From contig JAQVWN010000001.1 of NCBI GenBank assembly GCA_028749475.1, positions 79,945 through 143,944 on the forward strand: a DNA stretch of 64,000 nt. The letters run 5' to 3'. The position numbers and the translations under genes are program-made. Source of the DNA: Thomasclavelia sp. (GTDB taxonomy: Bacteria; Bacillota_I; Bacilli_A; Erysipelotrichales; Coprobacillaceae). Under the pieces are notes generated by a model. The model did no database searches, was not told the DNA's origin, and saw only the letters and a list, made by a program, of their open reading frames with translations. Shown one piece after another: positions 18,642-26,142 of the stretch. Position 1 is the stretch's first letter. Each line of letters begins with the position of its first letter.

Positions 18642-19598
18642 ATGGATGATAAGAAAGTAGTTTTTATAATTCCTTGTTACAACGAAGGACAAACAATAGA
18701 AAAAGTAATTAAAGATTGTAAAAAAGCGATACCAACTGCCGATGTTTATGTATATGATAATAATTCTACGGACGGAACATCTGAAATTGCAAAAAAGAAT
18801 GGCGCAATTGTCAGACACGAATACCAACAAGGTAAAGGTAACGTAATAAGAAGAATGTTTAGAGAAATTGATGCAGATTGTTACGTGATGTTAGATGGGG
18901 ATGATACTAATCCTCCTGAATTTGCTCCAGAAATGGTTAAACTAGTCTTAGAGAAAAACGTTGATATGGTAGTTGGAGATAGACTATCTTCTACTTACTT
19001 TGAAGAAAACAAAAGACCTTTTCATAATATAGGAAATACTATTGTAAAAGGATCTATTAATACATTATTTAAAAGTAACATCAAGGATATTATGACAGGA
19101 TATCGTGCCTTTAGCTTTGAATTTGTTAAAACATTCCCTGTAATTTCAAAAGGATTTGAAATTGAAACAGAGATGACCATTCATTCTGTTGATAAAAACT
19201 TGTATGTCGAAAACGTTGTAACTGATTATCGAGATAGACCAGATGGTAGTGAATCAAAACTAAATACATACTCTGATGGGTTTAAAGTATTAAAAACTAT
19301 TTTTAGACTATTTAAAAACTATCGACCATTATTATTCTTTAGTATTCTGGCATTTATATTGATGGTAATTGGATTATTCATGTTTATTCCTGTTCTTAAT
19401 TCTTTCTTCAAAACTGGAATTGTTGAAAAAATACCTACATTAATAGTAAGTGGCTTTATCATGATTGCAGGATTACAAGCCTTTTTTACAGGTTTAATGC
19501 TTGATGTTCAAGCTCAAAAGAATAGACAAGATTTTGAGTATAGACTTCAAGAAGTTAGATTTCAAAAAGAAAGGATAAAACATGAAAAAACTAATTAA
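18642..19598 (+). CDS. GT2 polyprenyl-phosphate sugar synthase (GtrB/CsbB/GacI-like)
   Basis: VVFIIPCYNEGQTI ... VYVYDNNSTDGT ... MLDGDD, plus two C-terminal TM helices. This is the architecture of Dpm1/GtrB-type enzymes. Confidence 0.85.
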   Translation: MDDKKVVFIIPCYNEGQTIEKVIKDCKKAIPTADVYVYDNNSTDGTSEIAKKNGAIVRHEYQQGKGNVIRRMFREIDADCYVMLDGDDTNPPEFAPEMVKLVLEKNVDMVVGDRLSSTYFEENKRPFHNIGNTIVKGSINTLFKSNIKDIMTGYRAFSFEFVKTFPVISKGFEIETEMTIHSVDKNLYVENVVTDYRDRPDGSESKLNTYSDGFKVLKTIFRLFKNYRPLLFFSILAFILMVIGLFMFIPVLNSFFKTGIVEKIPTLIVSGFIMIAGLQAFFTGLMLDVQAQKNRQDFEYRLQEVRFQKERIKHEKTN

Positions 19599-19962
19599 TC
19601 AAATTCTAAAATTTGGCTTAATTGGAGGAATTGCTTTCTTAATAGATTATTCTCTTTTATACATTTGTACTGAATGGTTTGGAATATATTATTTTATTTC
19701 TTCTATTATTTCATTCAGTGTCTCAGTTATTTTTAATTATATTTTTAGTATTGTATGGGTATTTGATGTAGATAAAGAAAAAGATCAAAAAAAGAACTTT
19801 GTTATATTTATTCTTTTAAGTGTTGTTGGACTTGGAATAAACCAATTACTAATGTGGCTAGGTGTAGAGCAAATGAATTTATATTATATGCTTGTAAAAC
19901 TATTTGCGACAGCTGTTGTAATGGTATTTAATTTTATTACTCGAAAGATGTTCTTGGAATAA
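19582..19962 (+). CDS. GtrA-family small membrane protein (putative lipid-linked sugar translocase)
   Basis: 126 aa, 4 TM. KFGLIGGIAFLIDYSLLY N-terminus and NFITRKMF C-terminus typical of the GtrA family. Overlaps the upstream gene. Confidence 0.85.
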   Translation: MKKLINQILKFGLIGGIAFLIDYSLLYICTEWFGIYYFISSIISFSVSVIFNYIFSIVWVFDVDKEKDQKKNFVIFILLSVVGLGINQLLMWLGVEQMNLYYMLVKLFATAVVMVFNFITRKMFLE

Positions 19963-19966
19963 TGAG

Positions 19967-21751
19967 ATGAAAATAAAAAGCGCCAAAAATTCAGTTAAAG
20001 AATTTTTACTAAAGTTAGCTAAAAGACCTGAAACGTATATTATACTTGTGGGAATTATACTTAGATTTATACTAGCGTATAAAGTGGGATTCCATTATTA
20101 TTCAGCACAGGGCTATGATGATAATCTTTTGGCTTCGTATGCTTTTCCTTCACATTGGACAAATCCTTCAATTAATTCTTTGCTTAAGACTATGTCATTC
20201 CCATTACTATTGGATCTGGCTTATGTCTTACATATAGATTACGCATCATTATTATGTATTATTTGGGTTATTACAGCTTTAACTGTATATAAGACATGTT
20301 CCTATATTTCTAATAAGAGAGTTCTAAGCATATTTGCATTTTTATATACTTTGTATTTTCCAACCGCGTTTGAAAGTTGGATGGGTACTAGACTATATAG
20401 AAATGCAATAATTGCTCCATTTACCATTATTCTTATTAGTATATTACTATTAATATTCTTTAAAATTAAGAGAAATGAATATTCAAATAAAGGATTAATA
20501 TGCAATGGTTTATTATTGGGATGTGTATTTTCTTTCTCTTATTATATAAAAGAAGATGGGTTATGGATGTTAGCTGTATTATTATTTTTTATTGTGTGTT
20601 ACTTAGGTTACTTAACATTTAATTTTTTTAAAAAAGAAAAAAATCGTAGAAAATTTATAATTTTTACTATTTCTATATTTATACCATTAATGTTTTTTGG
20701 TACTACTACTATTGCGTATAAACAAGTTAACAAACATTTCTTTGGAGTCGCCGAAGTTGAAACAAGAAATGGTGGCGAATTAGGAAAATATGTTGCCAAT
20801 GTTTATAAAATAGAATCAAATAATCGAGACTATAAACATTGGGCACCAAAGGATGCAATTATAAAGTCTTTTAAAGCATCCAAGACACTTAGTAAATACC
20901 CAAAGTTATTGAATAGTATTCTCCACTCTAGTTGGTACAATGGTAATATTGAAAAAAATCCAATTGAAGGGGACTTTTATACTTGGGTTTTAAGATCATC
21001 GCTATCAGAAACTAAAATATGGAAATCAGAAAAACAAATTAATGATTTGTTTAAGAAAGTAAACTCAGAGTTAAGTGAAGCTTTCAAATCAGGGGAACTA
21101 AAAAAAGATAATAAAATTCAATTGTTTTCTTCTGCAGGTGGAAGAACAATGAAAGAGATATATACATTATTCCCTATAGTTCGAGATTCTTTCGAGGAGG
21201 CTATTGCATTGGATTCTTATGCTCCTGGTTCAATTGTAGGAGAATCATTAGATAAAGAAAATACTGAAGCAACTATGAGGCTTACAAGGACTAATTATTT
21301 AATGGATTATAATTATGATGGTACTTTAGTTAATAGTGAACAAGCAAATAAAGTGATTACTTATATATTTGATATATATAGTGTTTTAAATCCAATATTA
21401 TTTTTTTTAGCTATTATAATGGCGATTTATCAAGTACTACGATTACTAGTGAATTTTAAAAATGTTAAAAGCAATATTTCTAAATGGAGCGATAGCATTA
21501 TAAAAATGCTTATGATATGTGTTTTATTTGGAGTTGGGATAGCTTATGCTTTTTCAATTAGTTGGTTTGATCAATTTTTATTAAATGGAACTAGGCAAAA
21601 CAATTTTTATATTCAAAATTTTTATACAATTGCCCTTCCTGGTATTTTGTTAGTAATATATATGTTAGGACTTGATCTACTGTTTGAAAATGTTAAAAAC
21701 ATTTTTTCAAAATTTCGTAATAACGAGAACAAAACTAAATCTATAGAATAA
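19967..21751 (+). CDS. Polytopic membrane protein, candidate GT-C (ArnT/PMT-like) glycosyltransferase
   Basis: 594 aa. YDDNLL acidic motif in the loop right after TM1, as in GT-C enzymes. Multiple TM segments plus a soluble region of about 200 aa. Follows the GtrB/GtrA pair. Confidence 0.55.
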   Translation: MKIKSAKNSVKEFLLKLAKRPETYIILVGIILRFILAYKVGFHYYSAQGYDDNLLASYAFPSHWTNPSINSLLKTMSFPLLLDLAYVLHIDYASLLCIIWVITALTVYKTCSYISNKRVLSIFAFLYTLYFPTAFESWMGTRLYRNAIIAPFTIILISILLLIFFKIKRNEYSNKGLICNGLLLGCVFSFSYYIKEDGLWMLAVLLFFIVCYLGYLTFNFFKKEKNRRKFIIFTISIFIPLMFFGTTTIAYKQVNKHFFGVAEVETRNGGELGKYVANVYKIESNNRDYKHWAPKDAIIKSFKASKTLSKYPKLLNSILHSSWYNGNIEKNPIEGDFYTWVLRSSLSETKIWKSEKQINDLFKKVNSELSEAFKSGELKKDNKIQLFSSAGGRTMKEIYTLFPIVRDSFEEAIALDSYAPGSIVGESLDKENTEATMRLTRTNYLMDYNYDGTLVNSEQANKVITYIFDIYSVLNPILFFLAIIMAIYQVLRLLVNFKNVKSNISKWSDSIIKMLMICVLFGVGIAYAFSISWFDQFLLNGTRQNNFYIQNFYTIALPGILLVIYMLGLDLLFENVKNIFSKFRNNENKTKSIE

Positions 21752-21755
21752 TTGT

Positions 21756-21787
21756 AAGAAGGTATTGTTGAAAACAATACCTTCTTA
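21756..21787 (+). terminator. Strong hairpin after the GT-C-like gene (probable terminator)
   Basis: Perfect 14-bp stem AAGAAGGTATTGTT-GAAA-AACAATACCTTCTT, followed by an interrupted T-rich tract. Confidence 0.65.
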
Positions 21788-21790
21788 TTA

Positions 21791-21799
21791 TGTTATAAT
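21791..21799 (+). promoter_or_regulatory. Extended -10 promoter element (TGTTATAAT) 6 nt upstream of the MerR-fusion ATG
   Basis: TG-n-TATAAT at 21791-21799. ATG at 21806 with no Shine-Dalgarno between them, which implies a leaderless or nearly leaderless mRNA. Confidence 0.45.
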
Positions 21800-21805
21800 T
21801 CTTTT

Positions 21806-22966
21806 ATGAACAATAATTACTACACATCAGGTAAGTTTGCCAAAATGGCAAATGTAACAATTAGAACAATTAGATATTACGATAAAATAGGTTTGTTAAA
21901 ACCTAGTTTTATCGGAGAAAATAAGTATCGAATGTATACTAATAATGATTTAATTAAACTTCAAAGAATTATTTTCTTAAAACAATTAGGGTTTTCTTTA
22001 GAAGAAATATTTCCAATGGTGATAAATAATGATAATAAAGACTTTGAATATAATATTAATATGCAGATTAATCTTATCAATCAACAAATAGAACATCTTC
22101 AAACAATTAAAGAAAGTTTGCAAAGTGCTAGTGAACTAGCTGTTGCCGGAGAAGTTAATTTAGATGAAATGATTAAACTAGTTAAAGTAACTAATATGGC
22201 TAGTGATCTTGTTCAACAATACCGTAACTCTAATAACTTAAATGTTAGAATGTCTTTACATGATAAGTATTCAAAATCAAAAATATCTTGGTTTGATTGG
22301 ATTTATAATACAATTGATATTAAAGATAAAGATGTTTTAGATGTGGGTTGTGGAAATGGTAGATTATGGTTTAATCGTGATATCAAAACTAAAAGATTAG
22401 TATTAACTGATAAATCTAAAGGAATGATTAGTGATGCTAAAAAGGTATTAGGCGATAAATATGAGTATAATGTTTGTGACTTACAGTCATTACCATATGA
22501 TGACAATAGCTATGACGTTGTCATAGCTAATCATATGTTGTTTTATATGAAGGATATCGATAAGGCTTTAGAGGAAATAAAAAGAGTTTTAAAGCCTAAA
22601 GGAATACTATATTGTAGTACGTATGGTAAAGATCATATGAAAGAGATTACGGAAATGGTTAAAGAATTCGATCCTCGAATTACTCTCGCCAACATATCTT
22701 TATATGATATATTTGGTTTAGATAATGGGAAGGAAATTCTTTTAAAACATTTTTCTAATGTTAAAAAAGTAATTCATGATGATTATTTAATAGTTGATAA
22801 TTATCAACCTATTGTAGATTATATTATTAGTTGTCACGGAAACCAAAATGAAATCATTGGTAATAGAGTTGTTGAATTTAATAAATTTATAGAAAGTAAA
22901 TTTAATAAAGGAACAATTAGAATAACTAAAGATGCTGGGATGTTTATTGTAAAAAATGATAAATAA
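21806..22966 (+). CDS. MerR-family HTH regulator fused to a class I SAM-dependent methyltransferase domain
   Basis: N-terminus YTSGKFAKMANVTIRTIRYYDKIGLLKPS (MerR HTH), then a coiled-coil. C-terminal half has VLDVGCGNGRLW (motif I), LTDKS, VIANHMLFYM and LKPKGILY methyltransferase motifs. Confidence 0.85.
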   Translation: MNNNYYTSGKFAKMANVTIRTIRYYDKIGLLKPSFIGENKYRMYTNNDLIKLQRIIFLKQLGFSLEEIFPMVINNDNKDFEYNINMQINLINQQIEHLQTIKESLQSASELAVAGEVNLDEMIKLVKVTNMASDLVQQYRNSNNLNVRMSLHDKYSKSKISWFDWIYNTIDIKDKDVLDVGCGNGRLWFNRDIKTKRLVLTDKSKGMISDAKKVLGDKYEYNVCDLQSLPYDDNSYDVVIANHMLFYMKDIDKALEEIKRVLKPKGILYCSTYGKDHMKEITEMVKEFDPRITLANISLYDIFGLDNGKEILLKHFSNVKKVIHDDYLIVDNYQPIVDYIISCHGNQNEIIGNRVVEFNKFIESKFNKGTIRITKDAGMFIVKNDK

Positions 22967-22979
22967 ATATAATTATTGC

Positions 22980-23010
22980 TTGACAGTGACCTAAGGTCAC
23001 TGTTTATTAT
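22980..23010 (+). promoter_or_regulatory. Promoter of rfbACB with a 19-bp spacer filled by a perfect palindrome (MerR-type operator candidate; alternatively a terminator hairpin)
   Basis: TTGACA 22980-22985, TATTAT 23005-23010. Palindrome ACAGTGACCT-A-AGGTCACTGT at 22983-23003. AAAGGAGG RBS at 23025-23032 and rfbA ATG at 23041. Confidence 0.6.
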
Positions 23011-23040
23011 ATAGATGTATACTAAAAGGAGGTACTAATA

Positions 23041-23922
23041 ATGAAAGGTATCGTATTAGCTGGAGGATCAGGAACTAGATTATATCCTCTAACACAAGTA
23101 ACAAGTAAACAATTACTACCAATTTATGACAAACCAATGATTTATTATCCACTAAGTATTTTAATGGAAGCAGGTATTAAAGATATTCTTATTATCTCTA
23201 CACCTGATGATACACCAAGATTTGAAGAATTACTTGGCGATGGCCATCAATATGGAATCAATCTTCAATATAAAGTGCAACCAAGTCCGGATGGACTTGC
23301 TCAAGCTTTCTTAATTGGAGAAGAATTCATCGATGGTGAAGCCTGTGCTATGATTTTAGGAGATAACATCTTCCATGGTCATGGATTAGAAAAGAGATTA
23401 AGACAAGCTGCAGGTAAAGAAGATGGTGCTACTGTCTTTGGTTATTATGTAGATGATCCAGAAAGATTTGGAATTGTTGAATTCGATGAAAATGGCAAAG
23501 CCATTTCAATCGAAGAAAAACCAGAACATCCAAAATCTAATTATTGTGTAACAGGTTTATATTTCTATGATAAACATGTTGTAGAATATGCTAAACAAAT
23601 TAAGCCTTCACCTCGTGGGGAATTAGAAATTACTGATTTAAATAAAATCTATTTAGAAAAAGGTAATTTAAATGTTGAATTATTAGGACAAGGATTCACA
23701 TGGTTAGATACAGGAACTCATGAAAGTTTAGTTGATGCAACTAACTTTGTAAAAACTGTAGAAACTCATCAAAATAGAAAGATAGCTTGTCTAGAAGAAA
23801 TAGCTTATAACAATAAGTGGATTTCTAAAGAGCAATTAACTAAAGCTTATGAGTTGTATAAAAAGAATCAATATGGTAAATATTTAAAAGATGTTTTAGA
23901 TGGTAAATTTATAGATAAATAA
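23041..23922 (+). CDS. rfbA: Glucose-1-phosphate thymidylyltransferase
   Basis: [18 protein letters not shown]...[18 protein letters not shown] is the canonical RmlA N-terminus. 293 aa. Confidence 0.97.
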   Translation: MKGIVLAGGSGTRLYPLTQVTSKQLLPIYDKPMIYYPLSILMEAGIKDILIISTPDDTPRFEELLGDGHQYGINLQYKVQPSPDGLAQAFLIGEEFIDGEACAMILGDNIFHGHGLEKRLRQAAGKEDGATVFGYYVDDPERFGIVEFDENGKAISIEEKPEHPKSNYCVTGLYFYDKHVVEYAKQIKPSPRGELEITDLNKIYLEKGNLNVELLGQGFTWLDTGTHESLVDATNFVKTVETHQNRKIACLEEIAYNNKWISKEQLTKAYELYKKNQYGKYLKDVLDGKFIDK

Positions 23923-23932
23923 AGGAGTTAAA

Positions 23933-24508
23933 ATGAAAGCAATTAAAACAAAAATACCAGGAGTATTAATTATTGAAACAGATGTATTTGGAGATAACCG
24001 TGGTTATTTCACTCAAACATATTGTAAACCACAATATGAAGAAATAGGAGTAACAGTAGACTTTGTTCAAGATAACATGAGTTTTTCAGCTCAAGAAGGA
24101 ACACTTAGAGGATTACATTGGCAAAATCCGCCATATGCTCAAAGTAAACTAGTATCTTGTACTAAAGGAAAGGTAATTGATGTTGCCGTTGATATAAGAA
24201 AAGGTTCACCAACTTTTGGTGAATGGGTTTCAGTAGAATTAAGTGCTGAAAATCATCGTCAATTCTTTATCCCTCAAGGATTCGCTCATGGATTCTTAAC
24301 TCTTACACCAGATGTAGAGTTTAGATATAAAGTGGATAATGTTTATAACAAAGAATCTGAAGGTGGAATGCGTTATGATGATCCAACTGCAAATGTTGAT
24401 TGGGGATCATTACTTAATGGTATTGAACCAGTATTAAGTGAAAAAGATAAAGTAGGACCTACTTTAGAAAATTCTAAGAATAATTTTGTATATGAAGGAG
24501 ATAAATAA
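23933..24508 (+). CDS. rfbC: dTDP-4-dehydrorhamnose 3,5-epimerase
   Basis: FGDNRGYF, LRGLHWQ and FIPQGFAHGF motifs of RmlC. 191 aa. Confidence 0.95.
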   Translation: MKAIKTKIPGVLIIETDVFGDNRGYFTQTYCKPQYEEIGVTVDFVQDNMSFSAQEGTLRGLHWQNPPYAQSKLVSCTKGKVIDVAVDIRKGSPTFGEWVSVELSAENHRQFFIPQGFAHGFLTLTPDVEFRYKVDNVYNKESEGGMRYDDPTANVDWGSLLNGIEPVLSEKDKVGPTLENSKNNFVYEGDK

Positions 24509-25542
24509 TGAAAATTTTAGTAACAGGTGGTGCCGGATTTATAGGTGGAAACTTTGTTCACTATATGGTGAACAAGTATCCAGAAGATATGATTGTTAAC
24601 TTAGATAAGTTAACATATGCTGGTAACTTAGAAACATGTAAACCAGTAGAAGATAAACCAAATTATAAATTTGTTAAAGGAGATATCGCTGATCGTGATT
24701 TCATCTTTGATTTATTTGAAAAAGAAAAATTTGATATTGTAGTAAACTTTGCTGCAGAAAGTCATGTTGATAGAAGTATTGAAGAACCTGAAATATTTGT
24801 TAAAACAAATGTTATGGGTACTACTACTTTACTTGATGCTTGTAATAAATATGGTATTAAAAGATATCATCAAGTATCTACTGATGAAGTATATGGTGAT
24901 TTACCATTAGATCGTCCAGATTTATTCTTTACAGAAGAAACTCCACTTCATACAAGTAGCCCATATTCTTCTGCTAAAGCTAGCGCTGATTTATTTGTAT
25001 TAGCTTATCATCGTACATATGGTTTACCAGTTACAATTTCTAGATGTTCAAATAACTATGGACCATATCATTTCCCAGAAAAATTAATTCCATTAATTAT
25101 TTCTAGAGCATTAAATGATGAAACAATTCCAGTATATGGAACTGGTGAAAATGTTAGAGACTGGTTACATGTATATGATCACTGTGTTGCTATTGATTTA
25201 ATCATTAGAAAAGGACGCGTTGGTGAAGTATATAATGTAGGTGGACATAACGAAAGAACAAACCTAGAAGTAGTAAAAACAGTTTTACATACTTTAGGTA
25301 AATCTGAAGACTTAATCACTTATGTAAGTGATCGTAAAGGTCATGATATGCGTTATGCAATCGATCCTCATAAATTAGAAACTGAACTTGGATGGAAACC
25401 TAAATATAACTTTGATACTGGTATTGCTCAAACTATTCAATGGTATCTTGATAATAAAGAATGGTGGGAAAACATCATTTCTGGTGAATATCAAAACTAC
25501 TTTGAAAAAATGTATGTTGAAAAAGGTAGAGCAAAAGAATAA
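24508..25542 (+). CDS. rfbB: dTDP-glucose 4,6-dehydratase
   Basis: ILVTGGAGFIGGNF, AAESHVDRS and YSSAKASADL (YxxxK) motifs of RmlB. 344 aa. ATGA overlap with rfbC. Confidence 0.96.
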   Translation: MKILVTGGAGFIGGNFVHYMVNKYPEDMIVNLDKLTYAGNLETCKPVEDKPNYKFVKGDIADRDFIFDLFEKEKFDIVVNFAAESHVDRSIEEPEIFVKTNVMGTTTLLDACNKYGIKRYHQVSTDEVYGDLPLDRPDLFFTEETPLHTSSPYSSAKASADLFVLAYHRTYGLPVTISRCSNNYGPYHFPEKLIPLIISRALNDETIPVYGTGENVRDWLHVYDHCVAIDLIIRKGRVGEVYNVGGHNERTNLEVVKTVLHTLGKSEDLITYVSDRKGHDMRYAIDPHKLETELGWKPKYNFDTGIAQTIQWYLDNKEWWENIISGEYQNYFEKMYVEKGRAKE

Positions 25543-25548
25543 AACATT

Positions 25549-25586
25549 AATCTTCATAGCAAACTGTGCTATGAAGATTTTTATTT
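25549..25586 (+). terminator. Intrinsic terminator after rfbB
   Basis: 12-bp stem AATCTTCATAGC / GCTATGAAGATT with a 7-nt loop and a T-rich tail. Confidence 0.85.
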
Positions 25587-25633
25587 GAAATAATCGCTAG
25601 GTCATATATAATAATTACATCTAGGGGAATGAC

Positions 25634-26008
25634 ATGGGAAATAAAAAAGAATTATTTTTGTTTGGAATATCGGAATTGATTACCAATACATTAAATACAA
25701 TTATATATTTTGTTTTGCTTGTTAGTACTTTTTTAGGATCATTTATATCTAATTGTATTGCAGGATTAGCTTCAGCTAGCTTAGCTTATATCTTTAGCCG
25801 CTTTGTCGTATTTGAAAGTAACAGTGAAAACGTTGCAAGAGAGGCGACGACATTTATGATTGTAAGAATATCTCTTGGTTTATTAGATATTGTTTTAATG
25901 GGAGTATTAGTTGATCTTCACTTAATGGTTCCATTAGCATCAAAAATATTAGTAAATATATTTATTATTTATTTAAATTATTTGGCTAGTAAAAAATATG
26001 TATTTTAA
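25634..26008 (+). CDS. Second GtrA-family small membrane protein
   Basis: 124 aa, 4 TM. The C-terminal NYLASKKYVF motif resembles the GtrA family. Confidence 0.7.
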   Translation: MGNKKELFLFGISELITNTLNTIIYFVLLVSTFLGSFISNCIAGLASASLAYIFSRFVVFESNSENVAREATTFMIVRISLGLLDIVLMGVLVDLHLMVPLASKILVNIFIIYLNYLASKKYVF

Positions 26009-26021
26009 ATAATGAAATAAG

Positions 26022-26050
26022 AAACTTAATTAATAATTAAGTTTTTTTAT
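26022..26050 (+). terminator. Intrinsic terminator
   Basis: AAACTTAATTA / TAATTAAGTTT inverted repeat followed by T7. Confidence 0.65.
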
Positions 26051-26142
26051 TTTTCACACATTTAGGAAAAATAGACAATTTCATAATATTGTGTTGGAAA
26101 ATGGGAAAACTATGGTTATAATATATTTGTGGAGGTTTCATC

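Noticed and set aside
21756-21787. The 14-bp hairpin upstream of the MerR-fusion gene, considered as an autoregulatory MerR operator
   Set aside because: Its sequence (AAGAAGGTATTGTT/AACAATACCTTCTT) is unrelated to the palindrome at 22983-23003. It sits upstream of the -35 position rather than within a promoter spacer. It is more simply the terminator of the preceding GT-C-like gene.
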